A DNA stretch of 51,216 nucleotides, from positions 1 through 51,216 of the IMG/VR virus record IMGVR_UViG_3300046028_004317, one strand, 5' to 3'. Positions 37,920 through 45,883 of this stretch are shown piece after piece (positions within the stretch are counted from its first letter, which is position 1; each line of letters opens with the position of its first letter). This DNA comes from a virus (Duplodnaviria > Caudoviricetes). The position numbers and the translations under genes are program-made. Below the pieces are notes generated by a model that worked only from the letters and a program-made list of their open reading frames with translations, ran no database searches and was not told the origin of the DNA.

Positions 37920-38152
37920 TGGACGCTCAAACTCTAATCAATATCGGGGCTGGTGCGACACTAGCCACAGTCGGATGGCTCTGTCGCACTCTATGGGATG
38001 CGGTCGAGAGACTCAAGACAGATATTCAAAGGATCGAAGTCTGTCTACCATCTCACTACAGCCGGAAGGATGACATCCAGTGCCGCTTCGATAAGCTCGA
38101 TCTTACGTTAGAAAAGCTATTCGATAAACTTGATTCAAAGGCAGACAAGTGA
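37919..38152 (+). CDS. TM plus coiled-coil protein of the lysis region (holin/antiholin-like)
   Basis: N-terminal hydrophobic helix; LPSHYSRKDD...KLDSKADK. Confidence 0.6.
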   Translation: MDAQTLINIGAGATLATVGWLCRTLWDAVERLKTDIQRIEVCLPSHYSRKDDIQCRFDKLDLTLEKLFDKLDSKADK

Positions 38153-38337
38153 AAAAGGCGCACAAGTCCAAAACACTCTGGTGGAATGGGATCTTACTCT
38201 TAGCACTGGGACTGATTGAACTTGCCGCCCAGACATTCTCTGCGTTCATCCCGCCAGTAGTATATGCTGGCTTGGTATTTGTCAGCAGTGCCGGGAACAT
38301 GATCCTAAGATACAAAACGACTGAACCGATAGAATGA
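38149..38337 (+). CDS. Probable holin (2 TM)
   Basis: KSKTLWWN, two hydrophobic segments, LRYKTTEP; immediately before the endolysin. Confidence 0.65.
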   Translation: MKKAHKSKTLWWNGILLLALGLIELAAQTFSAFIPPVVYAGLVFVSSAGNMILRYKTTEPIE

Positions 38338-38744
38338 TCACGCTGCAGGAATACTTTAACAACAAGACCGCAGCTGTCACGCCAGAGATCAGCCTGAATG
38401 CTGTGGATCTGCTGAAGCGTGTAAATGATCTGCTGGCGGAATTCACGCTGGCAACCGGGAAGCATATCCCAGTCAGTCTGAAGACCGGGTGCAATATCTC
38501 TGGCGATCACAATGGCGATGGCGGGTTCAGGTTACAGAACTCGAAGACGGGTAGTCCGTTTAGCTCGCATAAGTCTGGTCAGGGTGTAGACGTGGCGGAT
38601 ACGGCTGGCGACATCGATGAGTTCGTAACAGATTCAATTCTGGAGAAACACGACCTCTACAGAGAGTCGCCCGGATTTACACATGGCTGGTGTCACCTAT
38701 CTACCCGGAAACCGGGCAGCGGTCACAGGACATTCATTCCTTGA
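38334..38744 (+). CDS. Endolysin, peptidase M15-like (Zn peptidase)
   Basis: GGFR, SSHKSGQGVD (SxHxxGxxxD), GWCHL. Confidence 0.8.
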   Translation: MITLQEYFNNKTAAVTPEISLNAVDLLKRVNDLLAEFTLATGKHIPVSLKTGCNISGDHNGDGGFRLQNSKTGSPFSSHKSGQGVDVADTAGDIDEFVTDSILEKHDLYRESPGFTHGWCHLSTRKPGSGHRTFIP

Positions 38745-39235
38745 TACCATTTGTCGCCGGAATACAGGCATTATCTCTAAGCGCCAAAATTGCTATCGCC
38801 ACAACGCTCGCTGCTGCATTATTTTCTGCTGGTCTATACGTTGGTCACCGTTGGGGAGTAACAAGCTGTTATGAGGCTCAAATCGAGGCGCAGGCCCATG
38901 CTATTGAAACAGGGATCAAACAGGCGGTGGTTTCAGACAATACGGTCACAAGGTATGTGGATCGAGTACAAATCGTGCAAAAAACGAGCAGAGAGATAAT
39001 TAAAGAGGTGGCTTATGTACAAGATACTTGCAATCTGTCTGCTGGCTGGCGGATGCTCCACGATAGCGCCGTCAAATCTGAACTTCCCGACCCCACCAGA
39101 ATTGTTGATGAGGGAACCATTAGCCTTGAAAGTGCTACCCATACCATCCTTGAAAACTACCAAGCCTGTAACGTCAACGCAGAAACCCTAAAAGCCCTCC
39201 AGTCTTGGGTCAAAGAAGAATCCGCCATAAAGTAA
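38741..39235 (+). CDS. rz: Inner-membrane spanin (Rz-like)
   Basis: N-terminal TM, coiled coil, C.LSAGW..LHD, NYQAC...LQSW; the TTG at 38741 overlaps the endolysin stop (start uncertain). Confidence 0.75.
   Translation: MIPFVAGIQALSLSAKIAIATTLAAALFSAGLYVGHRWGVTSCYEAQIEAQAHAIETGIKQAVVSDNTVTRYVDRVQIVQKTSREIIKEVAYVQDTCNLSAGWRMLHDSAVKSELPDPTRIVDEGTISLESATHTILENYQACNVNAETLKALQSWVKEESAIK
39015..39191 (+). CDS. rz1: Outer-membrane lipoprotein spanin (Rz1-like), embedded in rz in another frame
   Basis: Read manually: MYKILAICLLAGG-C-STIAPSNLNFPTPPELLM...; lipobox, Pro-rich, gaggtg RBS. Confidence 0.8.
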   Translation: MYKILAICLLAGGCSTIAPSNLNFPTPPELLMREPLALKVLPIPSLKTTKPVTSTQKP

Positions 39236-39497
39236 CGATTAAGTTGGGCTAGGGGCATGGCCCGAAAACGACAGATGGGTGGGATTCACAATACGTCCTA
39301 AACTCTACTGCTCGCTGCCTGACTTATTCACAATAGATGGGTATCACCCTTTTGTCAAAAGGGTCAAACCCCTCGACCCCTGCACTTATCTCTAACCGAC
39401 AGAACTACTATCTCTAATATGTATAGGATGAAGGCAGTATCTATATGCCTTCTCTAAGTTAATAACTGTTAACTTAAATAGCAGGTATTGTTAACTT

Positions 39498-39552
39498 GAA
39501 TCCCGCGAGCGGTTTCCGAATCCCGCGAGCGGTTTCCGAATCCCGCGAGCGG
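39498..39552. repeat. 20-bp tandem repeat, ~2.75 copies
   Basis: gaatcccgcgagcggtttcc x2 plus gaatcccgcgagcgg. Confidence 0.9.
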
Positions 39553-39555
39553 ATT

Positions 39556-39759
39556 TCACTTCTCATCACAGTACTGGGAGATCATCTTCTCCTCTTCCTG
39601 CTGCTTACGCTTCAGCTCGCTTGGCGGAACCCAGCCAAACTTCCTGAATGTCCTAACCACATCGGTTGATACGTCATTGATGTAGATGAAGCTCTTGTCT
39701 GTTATGTGGCGGTGGTTGTGATGGATCACGACACCCTGATCATCGTCATATTTACTCAT
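39556..39759 (-). CDS. Hypothetical phage protein (TDV..TFRKFGWVPPS family)
   Basis: gaggg RBS before MSKYDDD; FIY....STDVVRTFRKFGWVPPSE. Confidence 0.65.
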   Translation of the reverse strand: MSKYDDDQGVVIHHNHRHITDKSFIYINDVSTDVVRTFRKFGWVPPSELKRKQQEEEKMISQYCDEK

Positions 39760-39770
39760 ATTGTTCCCTC

Positions 39771-40157
39771 TTATTTGTAGAAGTGGTGAAGCCCACAGGT
39801 GGTGACATGCGTAAGCCTGTACCAACTGGCTGGCTTATCTATCCAAGTCGCATGGAAGTGCGTTGCATCAAGCCGACCCCGTCCATATATGGCGGTTCTG
39901 GCCGCTCGCTCGGACTTTGCCCAAGCAGCACTCTCTCTATTTGGTCGGTGCTCAACCTTTAGAACCCCATTGGTCATCTTCTCTGGAACCCAGCTGAACT
40001 GAGCGGGAGCCAAAACAACCTTGGCGATGTCTCCATCAGGCCCCATCTGATTTAACCTATTAAGCACGACCTGCCCAATCTTGACCTGACAATGCTCAGG
40101 CTCAGACCTTCCTTCGTACCAGATCGTCAGCGTCAGCCAGAGCAGCATGCTCTCCAT
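39771..40157 (-). CDS. Cell wall hydrolase (SleB / Hydrolase_2 family)
   Basis: TIWYEGRSE, GQVVLNR, VV..PAQFSW, ATHFHA, GLHHFY. Confidence 0.85.
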   Translation of the reverse strand: MESMLLWLTLTIWYEGRSEPEHCQVKIGQVVLNRLNQMGPDGDIAKVVLAPAQFSWVPEKMTNGVLKVEHRPNRESAAWAKSERAARTAIYGRGRLDATHFHATWIDKPASWYRLTHVTTCGLHHFYK

Positions 40158-40504
40158 CAGTTATATCTCTTCTTGTCATGGTGGGTCTTCTCACTGTCAC
40201 GCTCTTGAGCGTCATCGATCATGTCAGATATAAAGTACAGGGCCTTATCCTTGTCCGCCCCGGACGAGACGACCGCAGCTGAGTACAGGATCGCCAGTAT
40301 TGTTATGGTCTCGTTGGCCTTGTGCTTTATCAGGATTTCTGACAGCTCTTTGAGAAGAGACGAGTTGAGGTAGCTCATGTCGCTCATAGCATGAGTCCTA
40401 TTAAGTATCCGATTAGCACCAGCAGCAAAATTACCGGGACAACTACTACACATAGAATCACACAGACGATCATCGTCTCGTGGTGAGAGAACCTGTACCG
40501 CCAT
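40157..40504 (-). CDS. Hypothetical protein
   Basis: aagga RBS; co-oriented with neighbours; start uncertain. Confidence 0.5.
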   Translation of the reverse strand: MAVQVLSPRDDDRLCDSMCSSCPGNFAAGANRILNRTHAMSDMSYLNSSLLKELSEILIKHKANETITILAILYSAAVVSSGADKDKALYFISDMIDDAQERDSEKTHHDKKRYN

Positions 40505-40510
40505 TTATCC

Positions 40511-40882
40511 TTAATCATGCTTTGATCCCTTTATGTAGAACTTCCTGTTTACAGTAAACCCATTGGTCTCCAGTATTCCTTGATCAACTAAAGCCTTTAG
40601 GCTACCTCCCAAACTGGATGGAGAGATGATTCTACCCCCTAAAGCCCGCTCCAGTAACTCCCGGCGCTGCGCCCCCGGCTTGTGCTTAACGTATTGGATG
40701 ATGTCCATCATGGCCGCAGTCATCCGCTTTACCTGCCTAGACCTGCTCTGTCGCTTGTAGTCCCGCATCTCTACAGTCCGCATAAGCTTCAGCCGTTCAG
40801 TCTCCTCCCATTGCAGCCTGTTTCGTTTGGTGATGTTAAGCACATCATCAGCGATCCCAGCCAGCGATCCCTTCCCCGTCAA
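40511..40882 (-). CDS. Probable winged-helix DNA-binding protein
   Basis: IIQYVKHKPG..RREL...SLGGSLKALVDQGIL...RKFY; start uncertain. Confidence 0.55.
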   Translation of the reverse strand: MTGKGSLAGIADDVLNITKRNRLQWEETERLKLMRTVEMRDYKRQSRSRQVKRMTAAMMDIIQYVKHKPGAQRRELLERALGGRIISPSSLGGSLKALVDQGILETNGFTVNRKFYIKGSKHD

Positions 40883-41016
40883 ATCCGAATACTGCCCCCC
40901 AACTGGATAGTTAATTTTCGTTCCCCGATATTTTTATTGGTTAAAAAGATATAGCTTGTCTCGATTAAAGGCATCGATACTTTTTTCAGCACTTGGCTAT
41001 TTCGCGCCGGACGCAT

Positions 41017-41343
41017 TCATCTGGAGATGAATTTGTTAACCTTGTCCATGGCATCTTCCTTGCCATTCCCCATGATAACCGTGTGTCCGATGCCCTCTAA
41101 GTACTCGATCCAATCCCGCTGCGATGCGCTGATCGTCCCGCCCTTCTCGTTCTTCATCTCGATCCATAGATTCCATGCCGGGACAAATAGATCTGGAACC
41201 CCGGCGCTTACTCCCTCCGCCTTGAGCCGAGCCCCAGTACCTGCAGACCGAGCACCCCCATTTGGTATGGCGAAGATCCTAACCAGAAAGCTGCGCCTAA
41301 ACCACTGCACCAACTCCCGCTGCTCCTCATGTTCTGTCTTCAT
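41017..41343 (-). CDS. VRR-NUC domain nuclease (Holliday junction resolvase-like)
   Basis: EHEEQ, FAIPNGG, EGVSAGVPDL, WIEMK, SQRDW. Confidence 0.88.
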   Translation of the reverse strand: MKTEHEEQRELVQWFRRSFLVRIFAIPNGGARSAGTGARLKAEGVSAGVPDLFVPAWNLWIEMKNEKGGTISASQRDWIEYLEGIGHTVIMGNGKEDAMDKVNKFISR

Positions 41344-42962
41344 TTCCAGCTCCTATTCATGACCTTAAAGAACTTCCCGTCCCGCTTGTACTCTATGCGT
41401 TTTGGCCGTGCTACTGCGTCATTCAAATTCCCAGCGGTCTTTTCCATGTCATCCCCTATCTCTGGCCCATAACGCGAAAACTCCTTAGAGTCCCAGATTA
41501 TTTTCATCAACAGTTTGCGGGCAATTTCTCCAGCATATCCATCATGGGCAATGCAAAGGTACTCGCTAACGATTGGGTCTGATAGCTTAGTGCCATAGTA
41601 CCTCACCATCAACATATCTTTGCCGGACTGCCTGCTGGTGTGAGCTGACCAAGTCCACGACTCAATCGTCATATCATTCCCGGCGATCCCCATGATGTCA
41701 TCATCATGGAGTTTTAGGCCCGCCCCTTTCTTTTTATCATTGCCGGGAAACTCATACTCACATGATGGGCAGATCTTCACCGATGGATGAACGAGCTCAT
41801 GGCACTCCGGGCATACCTTGACGGGCGGCACACCCCCACCCTCCGTGACCTTTTGTGGCGTATCTACACTGGTGATTGGCCCATGCCGAGAGACGTTCCC
41901 GGCAAAATCCAGCACCATGCAATGATCAGTGTGGCTCTTCGGGCGCATCCCCCTACCCGCCATCTGGATGTACAGCACCGCGCTCATGGTCGGGCGCAGC
42001 ATTACGATCAGGTCAAGGTCGGGGTGATCGAATCCAGTGGTGAGGACATTGGCATTGGTCAGCGCCTTTATCTTCCCGCTGCGAAAGTCGGCCAAGATTC
42101 TAGTCCGCTCCTTCTTTGGGGTATTGCCCGTGACCGTCTCCGTCACAATCCCATACCGATTGAGTTGATCGGCAATGTGGTAGGAGTGCTCTACGCCAGA
42201 GCAAAAGAATAGCCACGACCGCCTGTCTCCCGCCCTCTCTATTGTCTCAGTTACCACCATAGAGTTCTGCAAATCGGTATCAACTGCGGACTGCAGTTCA
42301 CTCTCGATGAACTCCCCGCCACGCTTGTGGACTGACGATGTGTCCAGCTCCGTCTTGGTCTTCTTTGACTGCAGCGTTGCCAAGAACCCTTTGTAGATCA
42401 ACTCAGGGATGCGGACAGACTCAAGCAGCGCATCGAATATGGCGGGTTTGTCGGTGATGACCCCATGCCCCAGACGGTACGGGGTGGCGGTCAATCCTAC
42501 TACCCGCAGGTTGGGGTTGATCGAGGTCAGGACATCGATCAGAGTCCGATACCCACCCTCAGCCTTGTGTCCAACGAGGTGGCACTCGTCAATGATAATT
42601 ATGTCGATATGTCCAATCTCATGCCCACGCTTCCTGACCGATTGTATCCCGGCAAAGGTGATGGAGTTCCCCAGTTGGCGCATCCCCATGCCAGATGAGT
42701 AGATCCCCATCGGCGCATCCGGCCAGTGCTCACGCATTCTGGCGGCATTCTGCTCGATCAGCTCCTTGACGTGCGTCAGCATCAGGATTTTGGTGTTGGG
42801 CCAGCTCTGTATCGCAGCCTTGCAGAACGCCGCAATAATGTGACTCTTGCCCGACCCGGTAGGCAGGACTAGGCACGGGTGCTTGAGCTTGCTAGTCCTG
42901 AACCAGTTGTCGAGATCATCCAGCGCACGTTGCTGGTAGTCCCGTAGCAATATCTCAATCAT
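41340..42962 (-). CDS. SF2 DExH helicase (RadD/YejH-like) with Zn finger
   Basis: LRDYQ, PTGSGKS, DECH, TATP, TTGFD, QMAGRGMR, CPEC..CPSC. Confidence 0.92.
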   Translation of the reverse strand: MIEILLRDYQQRALDDLDNWFRTSKLKHPCLVLPTGSGKSHIIAAFCKAAIQSWPNTKILMLTHVKELIEQNAARMREHWPDAPMGIYSSGMGMRQLGNSITFAGIQSVRKRGHEIGHIDIIIIDECHLVGHKAEGGYRTLIDVLTSINPNLRVVGLTATPYRLGHGVITDKPAIFDALLESVRIPELIYKGFLATLQSKKTKTELDTSSVHKRGGEFIESELQSAVDTDLQNSMVVTETIERAGDRRSWLFFCSGVEHSYHIADQLNRYGIVTETVTGNTPKKERTRILADFRSGKIKALTNANVLTTGFDHPDLDLIVMLRPTMSAVLYIQMAGRGMRPKSHTDHCMVLDFAGNVSRHGPITSVDTPQKVTEGGGVPPVKVCPECHELVHPSVKICPSCEYEFPGNDKKKGAGLKLHDDDIMGIAGNDMTIESWTWSAHTSRQSGKDMLMVRYYGTKLSDPIVSEYLCIAHDGYAGEIARKLLMKIIWDSKEFSRYGPEIGDDMEKTAGNLNDAVARPKRIEYKRDGKFFKVMNRSWK

Positions 42963-44002
42963 CCTACAATCCTCGCATCGAACTCAGATCTCAGCTCATT
43001 AATAACCTCATCTGGATTGGCGCAGGCATTTGGATTGGACACCATCTCCTTGCTCGAGAAGCATTGGTTGTCATAGGCAACGTTCCGATCACCATTCCTG
43101 ACGGGCTTGCCATCAATGATGTAGACAGCCTCGTGTGCGTTGTCGCTATCTACCCTGTCCCACGGCACTAGGTCAGGATGTAATACATGTGAGTCACAGC
43201 CAGTGCGTTGGTTCTCTACCGCCAGTTCAATGTTGTCGTATCTGGCGCACGTCCATTTGGAATCTGGTGTGGCCGTAGAGTGGGCGCAGGTACGGCAGTT
43301 CACCTCTTTGGTGAGCTTGGTGTCGTGGCAGAATGAATGAGCAGGACACCACTTGCACTGATACCAGTCTGGTGCAGCTCCAGCACAGGGCTCCGGCATC
43401 CGATCCAGCATCGTGATCCTGACACCACGAGCAACAGCCTTCTCGGCAACCTTCTTGTCGAGCCGCACTCGCTCTGTGTGGATGCGGTCATCGTCCTTGC
43501 AGACACCAACGTACAGCGCCCGGTCTATCTTCTTGCCCATCATGTAGACCTGCATCTGAACATAGTGCATCGGCTTACTCGCCTCGACCCCAACCTTAAT
43601 CAGATCATCGAAGGACTTCTTGGAGTGCGTCTTGAACTCGGCGATGTGCTTCTTGGCTGGCGCTTCTGGAACCCCATGCGTGATCACGCCGTCCAAGCTG
43701 CCTGATACATGTGAGCCAAAATCAACCCGGCTCTGAGCACCACCAGTTGATACTATGGTTATGCCTGCAGATCTCAGGTCGCTCACAATCTGAGCCTCTT
43801 CATTCTGCCCGCGCCTGAACAGACGCAATACCCTGCCGGGGAACTTCTCGACTACCGTCCATCTGAAGGACAACCACAGCCATCTGTCGCACGGGTGGCC
43901 CAGCATGGATGCCCCAAGGTGGGGGCGTGGCGGCTCCTGCCGCTCCTCGTGGGCGCGGTCGATCATTGCTGATAATGAATTCATTGGTTCTGGAATCTTC
44001 AT
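42959..44002 (-). CDS. Cas4-like PD-(D/E)XK exonuclease
   Basis: LGASMLGHPCDR, GSLDG, EFKT, QMQVYM, CKWC...C and CRTC; start approximate. Confidence 0.85.
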   Translation of the reverse strand: MKIPEPMNSLSAMIDRAHEERQEPPRPHLGASMLGHPCDRWLWLSFRWTVVEKFPGRVLRLFRRGQNEEAQIVSDLRSAGITIVSTGGAQSRVDFGSHVSGSLDGVITHGVPEAPAKKHIAEFKTHSKKSFDDLIKVGVEASKPMHYVQMQVYMMGKKIDRALYVGVCKDDDRIHTERVRLDKKVAEKAVARGVRITMLDRMPEPCAGAAPDWYQCKWCPAHSFCHDTKLTKEVNCRTCAHSTATPDSKWTCARYDNIELAVENQRTGCDSHVLHPDLVPWDRVDSDNAHEAVYIIDGKPVRNGDRNVAYDNQCFSSKEMVSNPNACANPDEVINELRSEFDARIVG

Positions 44003-44041
44003 AAGAATAAACCCCACCCTTTCGGGCAGGGTCTCCGTTAT

Positions 44042-44515
44042 TTACTTCGTTGACCAAGACGGGCCGCTGCCCTTTGCCGCTGTCTTGGTTGCAGCTTCAG
44101 CTGCAGGGATGCCGCCTGACAATGCCTTGTACGCCTTGATATTGTTCTTGTCGCCGTACTCTTCACTGCGCTCGATACCCAGATCGATCTTCATGCTCGC
44201 GCCGATGAGGTGGTCTGAATCGGTAGCAGTTGGGATTCCGCCAGCTAACATGATCGCTGCGAAATCCTCGCGGCCACGCTTCTCAGCTGTAGGGTTCGCG
44301 TTACGAACGTTGATGTTCGTGAACACGACACGGCCCTGATGTGTTGGGCCAGTGATGTCAAAGCGGATCGAGACGTACTTGCCCGTGCCGGACTTTGTGG
44401 CTTTGATTTCAGCCTTGGTTATTGTTGCGTCATACCAACCCACTGGTAACGGCTCGAAAGAGTTAGAGGGTTGATCCATCTTGCTAAGGTCAAATGTTTC
44501 ACCTAATGAGGCCAT
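44042..44515 (-). CDS. Single-stranded DNA-binding protein (DUF669-like)
   Basis: FEPLPVGWY.A.I..AE.K.TKSGTG, GR.VF.NIN, YGDKN.IK.Y, C-terminal PSW. Confidence 0.8.
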   Translation of the reverse strand: MASLGETFDLSKMDQPSNSFEPLPVGWYDATITKAEIKATKSGTGKYVSIRFDITGPTHQGRVVFTNINVRNANPTAEKRGREDFAAIMLAGGIPTATDSDHLIGASMKIDLGIERSEEYGDKNNIKAYKALSGGIPAAEAATKTAAKGSGPSWSTK

Positions 44516-44516
44516 T

Positions 44517-44909
44517 TTATTGCTCCTTGATTTGAATTGAAAAGCTGGGGCGACCCGGCTCGGTTGTCACCGCGTCCAAAAGTGGGCGGGTGATTGCTTC
44601 TGATGCTGCTTTCCATACTGTTACATTCATCTCGGCCTTCCAGCGGAACAGGCTTGAGAGGTGGTCAGACAGACCATTCTCCTCGGCGATCTGAACCAGC
44701 ATCTCGGAATCAACCTTACGGTTGAGACGGCCTACGATCTTGAGCTTGTAGCTGCCGACATCGAAGTTCTCCGTACCCTCAAGAGATTCTGGAATCTCAA
44801 GAGCTGCAACGATTAGATCCTCGAAGCGCCTGCGCCGTGCAGTAGCCTCTGACTCATCGGTCTTGCTGGCTTCCCACTCGCGCACGAGATACTCGATGTC
44901 GTTGCTCAC
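44517..44909 (-). CDS. Conserved replication-module hypothetical protein
   Basis: W..SK..E..A...RR..ED, NRKVD, FRWK.E, PGRPSF. Confidence 0.75.
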   Translation of the reverse strand: MSNDIEYLVREWEASKTDESEATARRRRFEDLIVAALEIPESLEGTENFDVGSYKLKIVGRLNRKVDSEMLVQIAEENGLSDHLSSLFRWKAEMNVTVWKAASEAITRPLLDAVTTEPGRPSFSIQIKEQ

Positions 44910-45583
44910 TTTGCACCTCCGATCTTTGCAATGATCTCACCCAGATCTGGAGACTCCCACCTATTGAGCTTCCCGCTACGATCCTTTGCCAGCCATGAGC
45001 TGTCTGAATCGCACATCAATGCCCGCTGACTAACGCCCTCTTCATTCGTCTCGACCCGTAGTGCCATTACCAAGTCGAAGAAGTATGGAAGGCTCTGTCC
45101 AGTCTTATTGCCGGGCATGCTGGGTGAGTACAAGATCTTCCCGGTCTCGTCAGTTGCCTTCTCAGCCTTGGCCGTAAAGTAGATGTGACGATCTGAGATG
45201 TCGCGGAAGCTTCTGATGATCTCGGTCATGATGTCCTGCATCGCGCCATACGCAGCACGAGGATCTTTGTTGCTTTTCTTTTCTGCGATCAGCACCACTT
45301 CGGCGATCTCTGAGATAGAATCCAGAGCTATCGACTCAAAGTTTTTTGCTTCGTCAGCAGAAGTTGCCCAATTGTAAGCCTCGCGCAGATCATCCAGACC
45401 ACGGATCTCGATGTATGGTAGGTCTGCGTCTTGTATTGACAAGAGACCGCCCTCGGCTGAGATTATGACTGGGTGAGGAAGTGTCTTGATGAGAGATGTC
45501 TTGCCAGCTCCTGCTTGGCCGTACACCATCATCTTGACCCCCGATGATGCAATGCTGCCAGTACCTTTTAGTTGAATTGCCAT
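44906..45583 (-). CDS. Sak4-like AAA_24 ATPase (recombinase)
   Basis: YGQAGAGKTS, SAEGGLLS, ALDSISE, PYFFD, AKDRSG. Confidence 0.88.
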   Translation of the reverse strand: MAIQLKGTGSIASSGVKMMVYGQAGAGKTSLIKTLPHPVIISAEGGLLSIQDADLPYIEIRGLDDLREAYNWATSADEAKNFESIALDSISEIAEVVLIAEKKSNKDPRAAYGAMQDIMTEIIRSFRDISDRHIYFTAKAEKATDETGKILYSPSMPGNKTGQSLPYFFDLVMALRVETNEEGVSQRALMCDSDSSWLAKDRSGKLNRWESPDLGEIIAKIGGAK

Positions 45584-45639
45584 TTGAATCTCCTATTTAT
45601 TTACATCGGTTGGGGAAATTCCCGGTCGATGCAGGTTGT

Positions 45640-45668
45640 ATATTATTTCAAGATGAATTATATTGCAA
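45640..45668 (-). promoter_or_regulatory. Sigma70-like promoter for the leftward replication operon
   Basis: On the - strand: TTGCAA-17 bp-TAATAT upstream of the ATG at 45583. Confidence 0.55.
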
Positions 45669-45703
45669 GCGTTATCGACAAATTAATTACGAGGGTGCTA
45701 ACA

Positions 45704-45883
45704 ATGATGACCGTGGAAGAGATAAAGCTACATCTTACTGATTCAAACTTAAAGAAGGTCGCGGAGCGAGCTGGCATACATCCCAGCACGGTCTATCGGT
45801 TCTTCAGCCCGGACTCCAAGCCATCGTATGAGACAGTCAAACTGCTCAGCGATTATTTGGAGAACCGCACATGGCAGATCTGA
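45704..45883 (+). CDS. Cro/XRE-like HTH protein
   Basis: NLKKVAERAGIHPSTVYRF...PSYETVKLLSDY; gaggg RBS before the ATG at 45704. Confidence 0.8.
   Translation: MMTVEEIKLHLTDSNLKKVAERAGIHPSTVYRFFSPDSKPSYETVKLLSDYLENRTWQI

Noticed and set aside
39498-39552. Mini-CRISPR array or tRNA T-arm (ggtttccgaatccc)
   Set aside because: The repeats are directly adjacent with no spacers, and I could not build a cloverleaf around them
42959-44017. Cas4 as part of a CRISPR-Cas system
   Set aside because: No other cas genes or array; it sits in a standard Sak4-SSB-nuclease-helicase module
45584-45883. Lysogeny switch (cI/cro)
   Set aside because: Only one short HTH gene diverges from the replication operon; no CI-like repressor, integrase or partition genes were seen
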